NCBI RefSeq assembly: GCF_037042905.1
Contig: NC_087245.1
Coordinates: forward strand, 7,814,001 to 7,878,000
Direction of reading: 5' to 3'
DNA length: 64,000 bases
DNA from: Lytechinus pictus
Lineage: Eukaryota
This document shows positions 24,901 to 39,900 of this stretch, piece after piece (the first letter of the stretch is position 1; each line of letters opens with the position of its first letter). Position numbers and translations under genes: made by a program. The notes under the pieces were generated by a model. It did not search any database. It worked only from the letters and a program-made list of their open reading frames with translations, and was not told where the DNA came from.

Positions 24901-27900
24901 TTGTAGAGTGCTAATTTTTGCCGTACGTATTCTTCATGGCATTTCTAACAATTTTTTTAAAAACAACTGATATCAAAGACGTTTTCTTACATATTTTTTC
25001 GCTTTTTAAAATTAAATCACATATTTCAGCATTTTGGGGGCTGACATGTACTACTAAATGTTGCGTAATTTGAAATCACATACCCGAGCCCCATAATTTT
25101 GGACTCAAAAGTTGCGCAAGACTTGAGGGAAAATATTCTTGGAATGACGTGGAGCAATTTTCAAACATGAAATGTTTATCTCAAAAATTTTGAGGCATCA
25201 CAAATATGCGGCAGAATGCGTTTTAAAAATTTGACCATTAATTACCCATAACTCCTTAACAAATGGCCGAATTTTCTTCATTTTTTTTCCCGTTGCATTT
25301 CTAATGCAAAGACCTTTCATTTGATGTATCATTTGCCAATATTTATTATTATCTTAATTTTTGGGTAATATAGCTACTGAAAGTGTAATAGTGATATAAC
25401 CCAGGGAGCTCCGGCCTGCGAAGTGGGCCGTAGCCCAGGAGTCCATCGTGCATCTAGACTCTAGACACGGGATAGATTGGGGTCTCAATAACTTTTTTTT
25501 TTTATGTGAAAACAGAAATTATGCACTTTTTAGCTTACGCTCACACGTATTGCGAGGTTAGTATATATCGGAGTCGCACAACCAATGTGTTTACGCGATG
25601 GATTTTAGAGTTGTCGTTAACATCGCTTCATAACGTGAATGATGTTAGCCGAAACCCATTCCGCTACTCACCAGGGCCTTTTCTGGTGAAAAGCGTTCCA
25701 TTTTCAATTTTTAACATATTTTTTTGTTTAAAAAGGACACAAAAAAGAGCAAAATCGCTTACCTCGGCCTGGAAAGTGGCTTCGCATGTTTCTTCCACGG
25801 AAATAAAAGGAAGGTCGTTGTTGGCGCTAATACAGTTCACAACCTTGATTCAGCTTGTCGGTGTTTTTAAAACTAGATTCTTGATTCATTGTATGCGCAA
25901 TTCCAATGATTGTTTGATAAAATAGAGACACCAATAAATGCAATAACTTAAAAAACATACTTTTTTATTATTTTTGCTGACGATAATACTTTTTGGAAAA
26001 TATTCAAAGCGATGACAAATTAAACAAAAAATATAAAAAATTGAACAAAGCCCCAGAAGTGCTACCGTTCGTTTGTCAATTAACGTTCCACCAAAGTGTT
26101 TACAGTAAAAAGATTGGACACTTTGCCGACTTCGCGTAACGCTTTGCATCGATTTACGTGTAAGATAGTTTTTGTGTCTAGTCTTTCCCTTGTAGTGTCT
26201 TTGATATGAAGGTTGGGCCGTATTTTGTCAACGAGAAGAAAAATCAACGCTTATTTGAGGGATATTCATCATATTAGGAGGAATTGACTTCACATCGTTT
26301 GGTAGGTTTCGTAGGAGGACTTCATTCTGTAAATCCTCTTATTAAATTTGCGGGAATGTTTAGTATTGTTGAATGCGCCGTGCCTTCAATTTTCCTGTAC
26401 ACGGCGGCAGAGATGCACCCATGGGTGCTTAGCTTAGGCCTACCACGATTATAATGGATGAAGGTCTATCATGTGACAGCATCCTGACATCGAGGCACAG
26501 ACTGGAACCTCAAAAAAAACGAAAAGTTCTGTCGCAATACCTCTCCTTCTTTCAAAATTCAAAACAAAATGGCCGATCGAGACCGAGGCTATATTGCGCT
26601 AGCGCATAGACTTGGCCAAATTTGCGCATGCGCCCTACACTCCTAGTAGTACCAATGAGGTCCAAACATCAACATGTATGGACCTCATACTCATCATAGG
26701 CGACAATGGCTTGAAAACTGGTTAGAACCGTTAGTGTTTCCTGCACCCAAGTATTTAATGATATTACTCACTAAATACAAGTTGTATGCTTGTCTGTACT
26801 TTTATGATTGATTAAAATATTGCCCATGATGTAATCCTAGTCCTACTTTCAATGTAATAAAATAAAGGGAAACTTACATTTGAGTCCTTTTTCCAGCTTT
26901 TCTTGGCAGTCGGGTCCGGTCACCGTAGAGTGCAATCAAAGCGGTACGAAGCTGATTTTCAGATCACGTGATACGCGTAGTCATCACCTGATCGGTCGGC
27001 TATCCTTGAAAGACGGCAACAATTATAAATTTTATTATAAAATATATATAGAATAAAATATTCATATTGTATGATATATTATATATCTCTACAATTAAAA
27101 AATACTTTGTGATATAAATTCTATACTTGACGTAAAAAGCGCTATTTAACAAAATATGTATAAGGTTCCAGTCTGTGCCTCGATGTCAGGATACTGTCAC
27201 ACGATAGACCTTCATCCATATAATCGTGGTAAGTGCATAATTTCTGTTTTCACATTAAAAAAAAAGTTATTGAGACCCCAATCTTCCCCAGTCCTGTGTC
27301 TAGAGTCTAAATGCACGGTGGACTCCTGGAGCTCCCTGGGTTAATAATGATACAGAGATGCGACGTGGCTAAGTTAGGCAGTGTTACTTAGGAGTTTAGG
27401 ACTAAATAATGCACCGGGTTAGGAGTAGCCAGGAGGAGGCTAGAGAGTAAAAATCATTTATACCTTGGTCACATTTGCTCTACGGCAGCCGTACGGCGAG
27501 TCGTAAACAGCCGTTTTAACATTTTTTGTCAAACTACATAAAGTTGGTTTGAATTAAAATAAATAAAACGGCTGTTTTCGACTCGCCGTACGGCCACCGT
27601 AGAGCAAATGTGACCAAGGTATTACTAACGTATGCTTACTCTCCATGGAGCCAGGGATTGCGTCCCATTCAGCAAATTGATGATTGTTATTTGCTTTTAT
27701 TTCGAAAGTTTTGTTATTTTCATATTCATTTATCAGATAGATCCCTCTATCGATGGAATATTCATGAATATTCATGCTGATTGACCTGCGACTCTCGTGC
27801 ATGCGCATGCGATGTTTTGAAATCGGCCATGAATAATACGTGTGAGGAATGAGATACTGGCTCGAAATCACAAATTTGAGGATAACCGGAGGATGGACAT

Positions 27901-30900
27901 GGAGTGAAATTTTTTTCGTATAATTTTTACAATAAATATGCTTTTTTCCCCACCTTTTCCATTCGGAGTATCCGAACGAGTTCACCGGCTTGATGTTCGG
28001 GTAGGTGGAGCGTAGTGTAGCGGTAGTGAAGTGGAGTGGAGCCTGCACGAACATCACTTGAGGTAATCCTCGATATGCGTCTGTATGTTTGTAACTAAAA
28101 TCAGCTCAATTGACATGGCGACGTAAACAGCGTTGAGTGAAATTGCATCTTCTATATTAATTCTTTACATAATATTGCGCTAATATACACTTATCCCAAA
28201 GTATAAAGAATTGCGTAAACGCCCATTTATATGTTTTTGAGTGGGATCACCTATAGGGAAAGTGGAAATTAAAATTGTGGAAGTTTGAATTTTGCCCATC
28301 CTTTGCACACATGATGATGTAGGCACAATCCCTGGCTCCGTGTACCTCAGGTGATGGTTCATGTAGGCTCCAGTACACTACGCTACACCTACCCGAACCA
28401 TCAGGGCTCGTAATTCGGATGGACACACTGAGTGACAAAGTGTGTCACTTTATATTGTTAAACACAACAAGTCATGCAAAACATGACCTTACACGTGATC
28501 TATAACAACTCATCTTACATTTCACCTTGTTTCACTCCTTGTCCTTGCTTTTATCAGTCTCAAAATTGGTGATTTAAAGCCAGTTGCTATTTCCTCAGTG
28601 GTATTATTCACTGCCGATTCCAAAACATCGCAAACGCACTTGGTGCATGCACAGAGATTGCAGCTCAAGAACATGAATATTCACGAGTATTCCTACAGAT
28701 CGAGATCTGATAAATGAATGTGCATTATGCAAATAGCGAAACGATCCCGATCTGTAGGAATACTCATGAATATTCATGTTCTTGAGCCGAGATCCCCGTG
28801 CATGCGCCGTTTTGGTTTTTGGTCTATTTTCTCTTATCTGTTAAATTGTATTTTTATCATCCTGGAGTACCACATTGTCCCTAAATCTCCCGGGGTATTT
28901 TAATTCTTGTCATTCCCGGGGGGAGGGGGGGGGGGCATTATGGCCCCCCCTTAACCCTATCTAGGCCGGGGTATTTTGGGAGTTCATATGGCCGGGGGGG
29001 GGGGGCCTCCCAGGCCCCCCCTTGAGATCTCGGCCGTTGACCGCATGATCGCGCCGAAAATTGGCACGCAGGTTGTCTGGGATATAATCTTAAAAACTGT
29101 ACTGTAATTTATTTCATGGGAATTGTTATTAAGTAGTTATGCTAATTTATGCATAATTAGTATGCAAAATCATACTTTTTCCTCTAACTCCATAAATAAA
29201 GCTCCAAATGTTCTAATTTTTGGCATAGAAACTCTTTGAGGTGTTCTTAGCAAGATTACATGAAAAAAATTGTGATATCAGATCAATTTCTTATGTATTA
29301 TATTGTTTTTTGCAATTTCTTATGTATTTCTTTGTTTTTTGGACCCTTTGTTTTTTATTGGTTTTTCAATGAAATTTGTTATGGACTCTTCTAAGATCAT
29401 AAACAGCATAAAATACATACATTTAGACCAGCAAAACTAAAAATAATCATACATTTTTTATTTTTGGTTGAAAACACAATTTACATTGACTTTGTACACA
29501 AAATCACGTTTTTGAGCAATTTTTGGTCTGACATGCACTTACATAACATTGCGTAATTTCGGAACCGCGTACCCGGGTGACACAAAATTGGTCTCAAAAG
29601 TTGCGCAAGACTTGAAAGTAAAAAGTCAACGAGCAGCGCGGTCAAAAAAATTTGCATGGTAAAAATATCGCGCGACTCGTTGAGGGGGGGGGGGCCTCGG
29701 AGGCCCCCCCCAGCCTAGATAGGATTAAGATCTCAGCCGCGGATTGCGCAATCACAACGAAAATTTGCATGATGGTAGAGAATGACATAATCTACGCAGT
29801 TGCATTGGTAAATTTCACTGAATTCTTATATTTTTATTTTATATGAATTAATTATGCTAATTTATTCATGAAATCATACTTTTTGCTCTGATTCACTAAA
29901 TAAAGCTCCTAGAATGCTATTTTTTCGTGAAAATATTCTTTATAGCATTCCTAACAATTGTGAATGAAAAAAATTCTGGTACAAAGACCGATTTCTTATT
30001 TATTTTATTGTTTTTTTATTTCTTATGTATTTCTTTGTTTTTGTATTGTTTTTCGATGGAAATCGTTCCAGACTTAATTCTGATCATAAACAAGGCAAAA
30101 TTAATTAAGTTTAATCAGTAAAAGTAGAAATAATGATACATTTATGAATTTTGGCTAAATACACAATTTGCATTGGATTTGTACATGAAATCACGTTTAA
30201 GAGCAATTTTGGGTCTGACATGCACTTACGTAATGTTGCGTAATGTCGTAACCGCGTACCCGGGCGTCACAAATTCGGTCTCAAAATTTGCGCGAGACTT
30301 AAAAGTAAAAAGTCAGAGAGCGGCGAGGTCAAAAATTTTTGCGCCGCAGATATATCGCGAAAATTTTTGAGGGGGGGGCCATTATGGCCCCCCCCGGGAG
30401 AATTAGGGTTAAGTCTAAGATACTCCCACTAATTTGATGTTCATATAGACATCTAAAACCATGGTAGTGGATCATTTTGTATTTTTATACTGAACACTTA
30501 TCATAAATTCAATCATAGATCTCTCACATTGACATGTTAATGCTGCATTAGGTAAATGTTTATCTTTATTGTTTATCTGTAATCTTTGACAAGCATCTAG
30601 ACTCTTAACTTAATTGATATTACTATTCCTCCTGTCTTTAGTAATAGATTAAATAAGTCAGTGGCAATGCATGATTTGTGTGTCATTTCAACATAGACCT
30701 TAGATAGATTGTGACTGACAGAAGTCACTACCACATTAATTGCTAACTTTAATAAAATCATAATCCTAAATATTTTCATTAATTTTACAAATTTGTTATG
30801 CAGGAAATCAAGTCTCTTGTGAATCATCTTGGAATCCAAGCTGATCTGACAAGTCGCAAATATGAAGACAAGGTATGCAATATGATTTAATCATACAAGT

Positions 30901-33900
30901 TAGAACATAGCCTTTCTAATTTGAATTTGTAAGGTCAGCTAAGCCCCTGTTAAACACAACTGCAACTGATTAAAAGCATATCTCATTCACTACCGTAACC
31001 AATGCATGTATGTTTCTTTTATGGGAACCTAATAACAAGCTATTCCTTTCATATGTTAGTAATGATAATCTACATAATTGTATTCCAGTTAGTACATTTA
31101 CATTAACTTTCTTTCAATGAATTAACAACGATTTTTGACAGATCGCTATGTGTACATATAATTCTGATATTGAATTCTAAATGGTCTGGATTGATTTTTA
31201 TGGCTAGCTGTCTAGATAAAAAAAGTTAACAAAATACATGTATATCCTTGATATTTTAGAGCCCTTTTCTAGAGATTGGTCTCCCATCGTCAGACTGCAT
31301 GCAGAAGCTGATGAACCGAAGCGTTTTAGCCAAGTCAGCAATAGAAGTATGGGCCCAGGGTTCTACGTATAGCGAGGTTTGTGCAGGATTAGATGCCTTC
31401 TCTCAGGAGGAGATGGAGAAATACTGCAAGGAAGATATCTCATTCTGTTTCAAGGTTCACACATTTGGAAAGCAACTCACTAATACTGATAAACTAGATG
31501 TTATGAAGGTAGGTATAGGTGGATTGATTGACAGATATTTGTTATGTCTACTACCTTAAAGGCCCATGTCCACCTCAACAGCAAGTTGATTTAAATTAAT
31601 AAAGATAAATCATACAAGTTTAACACTGGAAATGCATTAAAACATTGGATTCAAAATAAGAAGTCTTAACTTTTCAGTTTTCATTTTTACAAAATAGTTA
31701 TATGTGTGCAACATCAGTGCTTTGCAAGTAAGAAAATTGTTTTTGGTAAACTATCTGATAAGCTAGATGTTGGAGCTGTGGAGGGGGGCAGGGACCTTTT
31801 TGGTTGTTTGTCCATGAACTCATCAGCAACTGTATTTAATATAGCACCTGGTATTAATGTGTGCTGTTAGAATCTGATACTAGTTGTTCATTTTCTTTAT
31901 ACCAGAGGTTGGAAGGGCATCTGCCTTTGAAAGGACCAGTTAAGTTGAGAGACCCTGATCAAGTCTTCTATATCTTTGAAGATTACGGTGTCCAGCCAAA
32001 CCAGGCCCCTGATCAACCACATCGCATTTTTGTTGGACGATGGGTAAGGTTGTAGATATGTTGTATCGCAGCACAATGCAGACCCAAATAAATCGCAGAT
32101 AGGGCAGAGGCCAAAAATATCCAGATATACATCATACTTATTCCAGACCCGTACCTCTACTAATGGAGATATAAATGTTAAAGGATATTCATGAGAATCA
32201 TTTTTGTGTGTATTTCTTTTGAATAATCATAGATAAGAATGTGAGAAATACCACACTGCCATGTCCGGCATGTTTTCCTGGAACCTGGGATTACATGTGC
32301 CGTACAACAGAGCTATTTGTGCTTCTTAGCATTAGTCCATCAACACAGTGGGGTAGTTCCATACCAACTTATTTTGTATTTTGTATTTGTATTTTGTATT
32401 TTTGACAGGTCTTCCCCAAAGCTGGAAATTATTTGCTATAATATTAATTATTTGGTAGATACATTGCAACTAATATTTCAACACATTCTCTACTTTGTAG
32501 TTCATTTGTTTCATCATATTTTATCACCAACACCACCATATTTAAAATGGGAAAACTTTCAATGTGTACAGTTAGAGTGAGAGTATATTATGTCTTATAT
32601 TTTTATTTTTTACCTCTAACACTTGTTTTTTTTTCATCAGAGTTGGGTATTTGTATCACATTTTACAACGTCTCTGACTGTGTTTGTCTCTGTTCTTTTA
32701 GATATCTGATGGTCAGAAGCGGTTGGCCCATCATTACTCTGTAAAGACACGTCATTTCATTGGTAACACCAGTATGGATGCTCTACTCTCATTACTCATG
32801 GCTAATCAAGCTGGTGTACATGATGGTGATTTTATATTTGATCCGTTTGTTGGAACAGGTAAGGCTTCAGGGTATGAAAGAAAGGAGGGAAAAGTTTCAG
32901 TATGGAGAATTGATGCTTATGTTTTTGTTCATGCTTGTATTTTTGCATGTACTTTACTAATGTAAGTCAGGTAATCTCTGTATCAAATATAGGGGAATGT
33001 GGAGAATTCTGGGTATGCAACGCAACACTGGGATCAAGCGAAGCTTTTGATAATTATTTTTCTTGGCTAAAAACTGTGATCACTTTAGTTGCATTCAATT
33101 CATTACTTAGCATTTTTACTTTAGAAAGCCAAATTTAACCCTAAATTCTTACTGAAAAGCATTTTAATATCAAATTGCTATTGCCAAATTATATGCATTT
33201 AGGACATCTCACCAATAGCGGAACTTTTCTTAATTATTTTACTTGGCTAAAAACTGTGATCACTTTAATTGCATTCAATTCATTACTTAGCATTTTCACT
33301 TTAGAAAGCCAAATTTAACCCGAAATTCTTACTGAAAAGCATTGTAATATCAAATTGCTATTGCCAAATTATATGCATTTAGGACATCTCACCAAAAGCG
33401 CTTCTTTCTACGCAATGCAGAATGACTGCTTAAAAAATCTTAATCTGCCAATGAGATTTCAAGGTCAGTGAGAGGTTCTTAAATTTTGGGTAAAATTCTC
33501 TTTGATTGGATGAAAATCAAGATACGTTTGACTTTCGTGAATTGTGTTTGATCGTAACGGGCCCCTGAAGGTTTTTTTTAACTTCTTTTTTTGATGATTC
33601 TTTGATTTGTTTTTGGCAGGTAGTCTTCTTGTAGCAGCAGCTCACTTTGGTGGTTACGTAGCAGGTTGTGATATTAGTTATAACATCATCCATGGCAGAG
33701 GAAAGTCTAGTAGGGCTCAGTCCAAGACTAAATATAGAGGTGAGATCGTTTATTGGAACCAAAATTAAGATGGTAGCAAAAAAAAGTATTTATGATCAAC
33801 TTCCTACATGTGGAACCTTCCTGAATCAGTTTTTCTCTGTTTTCTCATTGACATGAAATGTTGTAATAGTCTCAAATTATGGCTTGAGCAGTTTATTACG

Positions 33901-36900
33901 TGAAGATAGAATGGTAGAATAATGGGTGTAGGACCTACAGAATTATTTTATGAAATGTCCTAAAGTGCAATCATCATATCTATGGCTAAAGAAGAAAAAG
34001 TGAGGTAATGCACAATTATTCCCATCAGAAAATCAAAATTTCATATGATATACTGGTATTGTACTTTTATTTATTTATTTTTTGTTAGTTGAGTCTGATT
34101 AAATAGCAGTGTATAATAAACTACTGTTGATATACTTGTGCCCATTCTCCCCTCTCTATATATCTGTCTCTCTCTTACTGTATCATTTAATGTGTCTCAT
34201 TCATCCCATCTTCTTTCTCCTTTGCTCTTTCTCTTTCTTTTTCTCTATCTGCCTCTCCCCCTTTCTATCTCTCTCTTTTTCTCTCTCTCTTTCTTTTTCA
34301 CCTTTTAAACTATGTCAGGTAGAGATGAGAACATAAGTGCCAACTTGGAGCAGTATGGCCTTGGCCATCGCTATGTAGATGTACTTATATCAGACTTCTC
34401 AAAGAACATATGGAGGGAGCAGCCTCTGTTTGATGCTATCATTACTGATCGTAAGCAAGTTTTCAGCAGTCCATAATTAAGCCTCGTCCACATAAATCTC
34501 AAGGATGTATATTATAAAGACATAAGGTTTGCATTTAGGTTTAAGAGGTGTAAGAGAAATGTTTTGAGTAATAGAAATGAAACATATTCTGCAGAGTGCC
34601 TGCAGTCAAATGTACATGTCATATTACCATGTCAAATATACTGGTATTTGTGCAATAGCTTTATAGTGTAACTGAAATGGTTTAAATAATGGCAAAAACA
34701 AAGGGTGTGGCATTACATTCATACTTTCAAGTTTGAATTTGTTTTTTCCCTCTATTGAATGGTTTCAAGAGTACCAGGGTTAGAGTTTTCTGCTGTAAAT
34801 CTGGTTTTAAAAAAATCAATGATTTTGGCTTCTTGCTTTGATGCTGATGATACCACTATTTCTTACTTTCATACATGTATTTGACAGATTTACACTTTAT
34901 AAAGTGGGTTTGCTAAACAAGTAAAACCACCACACACCAGGAGAAAGTTTTATCAACTTTTGATGTCTGACAGGTTGTCAGATGCTAAAACTTTTCTTGG
35001 TTTTGATTTTCTCAAATTATTACTACAACATATTCACATTGAATTGTATTTGTCAAGAAGTAGTAATTTATTATTTATTCATTCAGCACATCTAATGCAT
35101 ACATCATACAAGAAATTGAATACATATTTTGATGCATAATTATTTCTCAAGCAGTCCGCATAACCCATCAGTCGGGGAAGAGAACAATTTATATTAACCT
35201 TAATTAAATTGAGATAGGTCACTGACCTCTTCTATCACTTGTATTTCTTTGTATCTATTCAGCCCCCTATGGTATACGAGAGAAGACAAGGAAAGTAGGA
35301 GGAGATAAAGATCAAGGTGAACGTGATGATCAGTAAGTGCCCTCACTAATGTACAGATGAAAGTGGGGGGAGAGTTACACCACCGAGAGAAACAAAGTCA
35401 CTCATGACTGTTAACATAATTTCTCCCACATGCCTTGGTTCAGTCCCTTCATTTTTAGAAAGATTTCACGCCACTGGCTACCATTACCATATTATTATTT
35501 TTATTATTTATTCAGCAAAATTAAAATTACATAAATAATACGTACAATTTAAGTATCAAAGAATGAACAATAGGAATAGAAATTAACCACTAGAATGCCA
35601 GGGGGCAGAAATAGTTAACTGAATAACTGTGGCAATATGCCTTCTGCCCCTATATTATGATATCATACTCGTTCACTTTCATAGTGCATGAATCTTGTGG
35701 GAAATATTTCTACCTTCAAACCATGGCAGATCTATCTACGTGAGATACCGTAAGTAACGGACTACATGTATAAACCGCACCCGTGGATCACACTCTCTTT
35801 CTAAATCCTTCTCACATTTACATGCATATTTGAGGTACCAAGAAACGAAAACTAAGTTAAAAATTTCAAAGTATCAAAAGAGATTACCGGTATACGGAAA
35901 TCTGCTGTTCTTGATCAATTCATCTACAAATGATAGCAAGAAAGAAAGGTTCGGACATTATTGGCCACTTACACACTCACCACACAGTGTACACACAGCA
36001 CTGCCGTTTTTGTACATTGCAAAGTACGATACGGTACATCACGATATCAAATTATGCTACCGTGTCTTTCTCGGCGTAGGAGAAGAAGAAACATTCACAT
36101 TTCCCGCATCACAACCTCACTATCACTTTCAGAATTTGTCTAGCATTTGATGTCTTAGCATGGATTTTGGAAACGGGATTACAGGAAGGTTAAAAAAACA
36201 AAGAAATTGGCATTTTTCAGTAGTTCTTTACGGCTTCGTGCCGTCTCTCGTGTGTGGTAGTATCTTATGAAAAGCGAACAGGAAAGAAAAAGTAAGCTGG
36301 CGACGTGCTCGGGCAGTAATTTCGTAACGGGACTTCGGGGGAGGGTAAAATGAATAGCGCCAGCTTAATTCGCACTGCACTGTAACCACAATACACGCAA
36401 GCTCTCACTCTCACTCGGCCGTGACAAAATATTACCAAGTATGCTTGGCGTCTGTTTGAACTTAGCCAGGGAACTTCGCTGCTTTAAATCAATGACTTAA
36501 GAGTAAAGTTGAAATTAGTGTCATGAAGGTAGGTGCGTTTGTTAATCAAACTTTTATGGACAATATTTGATTAAGATCGTAATAATCGCTTCCCATTACC
36601 CGCGGCTCATACCCCTCTAAACGACATTGCCCTAGGCGGCTACGCCTGGCCACTCGATGTGTTGTGAACTGGCAGACGTCTATGGCACATGTTCGGAAGT
36701 GGTTACAACAGGCTGCTAATTATGATCTTCTCGAGTCTTTCTCTAGCCTTGTCATCATAACAGACATCAAATATCATGTTATATATAGATATAAAATTAC
36801 CAAAAACGATTTCTCTGGGAATAACCTTTTACAGGGGGAAATGGACTTGGTTTTTTTTTCGGCTGAGTCTGGCTCAGACCTATCACCGTGGATAAACCGC

Positions 36901-39900
36901 ACCCCGGACTTTTGCTTCTATTCCGCCGAGAATACTTACGGTACCATGATTTCACATGCCATATTGTATGCAGTAATAGGCCATTCAAAGTACTGTGTCT
37001 TATCCACTTTACTAATTTTTTATTGAATACAAGACAAAAGTTGAATGGATCATGAGGAGACCTTCAGGTTTTATTCATCCTCACTGTAAGTGCTGAAGTA
37101 CTAATCCACTGTATGATATTTCCTCATTGTTTTCTTACAGATGCTCTTACCATGTACCAGCAACACAAAGCTACTTTCTCTCAGACATATTCACAGATCT
37201 TCTTAATTTCTCAGCTCATTATCTCAGGCTGCATGGAAGGCTTGTATATTGGTTGCCAATTTACAGACCTGAGTAAGTATTAATGATTACAGTAGAGTCA
37301 TCTGCAATGTGGTCATTTTGCTATTAATCAGAACAGAAACCAGTATATCAGATTACTTGCCATTTTCAGTATTATGGTCCGTCATGATGACATTAATGCA
37401 AATAATTTGGATCCTTATTGAATATCAAATTATCTTGATTCAGGATACGATCATGAAAGTTCATCTGTGTTGGTAAAAGATAACAATTTTGTTGAACTTT
37501 GGTTCACAACACAAAAAACAGAAAATAACGAAGAGTTACCTCTAAATTTTCGGCTGCTAACTGCAACCTTCGTCAGCGATGTGACCCGATTTGACCTTAG
37601 TGACGTAATGGTCGATGATCGGGTCGTAGACATTCGGAAGCTTGTATCGCCCCCCCGTCTCTGTTAAGAGAAGGTCTGAACACCCGGATGTAGATGGCCT
37701 CTTTCACACCTCTCTCGAAGTACCGCGGCTCCCTGTCCAGCACTTGTACCTTGTTGATTCAGGATAGATAATTTAATGTTGTTTAGGGCAAATTTACCTT
37801 TTTTTAACCAAGCTTCTTTGTTGCTATTCTGGATTTTTTTTACAAGGTTGTGAAAGAAGTTAAAAAAACCCATCAGCAATGGCATTCCATAGTAGGAGGG
37901 TTATTTCCTAGATGATTGACAAAACAATTGTTATCTAAATAAGCATAGAATACAATTTTTTAAACAATTTTTCTGGTTTAAATACAGACTTGCGAACTAC
38001 TTTTTTTTCCAGGAGTTAGCTAGTTTTTAAGTTGTTTATCAACCAAAAAGCGGAGCACTCCTTTTTTCCATTTGTTTATTAAGATTAAAGATATATCCGC
38101 CCATATATGTATTTGTGTGGTGGGTTATGGATGTGTGTATAGGTGTAAGAATAATATAGTTTTTAACAATTGTAATTTATCAATGTTTGAATATAAGAAT
38201 GCTAAACATATCTTAATTAGGAATGATAAGGATTCCTTTTTTCATTTTCAAATGTTGGTAGGCCTGCAAATACACATATAGCCAGAGAGGTTATCTTTTT
38301 TTTCTGTTTTCTGTTATTGATATGTTATATCTTACCCTTTTGTAAATATTTAAACCAAGCAAAGCTATTAAGATTATAAACTTATGAACTCAACATGCAA
38401 TATTTTTTTCCTTAAAAATTTTCAGCTAACCACTGAAGCCTTCATCAACATGATATTGAATTATTTTAACAACAACAATAATAATAGTGGCCACCAATAT
38501 AGCTCTCAGGCCCACATTACTGACGTAATTTTTCAAGAAAATTTTGTAGTGTGTTGAGATCAAAAGTTGACGTTTTACATAACTTCTACTAACACTAATG
38601 AACTTTCAATGATCATGCAAAGCAAAGCAGTGTATGAAAAAAATTATGCATGTATGATAACCAGTCCAAATTCTTAAGACGAATTCCCACTCCTTCTGCA
38701 GTACAGGATAACTGTCCTGAATATAAACCACATTGACTCATTTCAGATACTCTGAAGATCAGATACCTCACCATCCATGTCTAGAGATTATTTCGAATGA
38801 TGAACAAATGCTCAACAGTACTCTGAGTAGAAGGCTTATCACAATGGAGAAAATGCATCATGTAAGTTCTTGTAAATGTCTGTGTCAATTTCATTTATCT
38901 GATGGCTGCAAATAAGAAGGCTGTGCAGTGTCCCAAGTTCTGCCTAAACACCTGACATTCATTTGAACCTGTGGGTTTTGGATGCAAAAGAAGAAGAGTC
39001 ACTGTCAATTTTGTTTGTATTTGTTTCATTTGCCATGTACATCTACATATAATTGAATTTATTAAATGTTAACAAAATGTCCATTAGAACCCCCCCCCCC
39101 CCGTGGTGTGACTCATATTGACCATGTATTCATGACTCCTTATTTTGTGAAAAAAGGGTATATTTTGAGAGTATATTCAGGAACTTAAATGTACACAATT
39201 TTTTTTTAAAGGATCTATTTTTGTCCACGATGTACTTGGTATTTTTTTTTAAGGGTATATTTTTTGTCAACACAAAACATGGAATTCTAGAAATCTTACC
39301 AATTTCTCACTTAATTCAATCTGGTTTTACATTTTTGTCATGTTTTTGCCCCCAAATATTTGACAACTCCGCTCGAAAATCAGGTTGGATCCCAGTTTGT
39401 TTACATTTCATGTATAGCCTAACAGGTTTCCCTGGGTAAAGGACCTTTGATCCCATTGTTCTTTTACCAAATGATATAATGCAGCTGTTTGTTTTTTTTG
39501 GTTTATTTTGGGGGGTCAAAATTGCTGAGAATGTACTTGAAACCACGCAAAAAAGGGCATATTTTTTACTTTGGGAATGATCATGCATTGTGCCTTAAAA
39601 TAGGAAGTGACACCACCGAGGAACCCCCCCCCCAAAAAAAAAAAAATATATATATATATAAATTGAAATAAATCAATGAATGAATGAATGAAGAGAGAAT
39701 AAATAAATAAATGAATAAAAACAGTAATAACTAAATAAATTAAATAAAAATTTTGAAATAAGTGATTTACCAAAAAAAAAAATCTGACTCCTGCAAACAG
39801 CAACATGCAAGTAAAAATGATACGTTGCTGACTCCTTTGTGTAAATGTTTTCTTAAACACATGTAACAACAAGAAGATAAATATCTAACTTGGCTGATAT

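Noticed and set aside
19101..27157. 520-bp direct repeats (19101-19608 and 26638-27157) as LTRs of a retrotransposon
   Set aside because: No TG..CA ends, PBS/PPT or gag-pol; the first copy belongs to a TIR element with its own 8-bp TSD.
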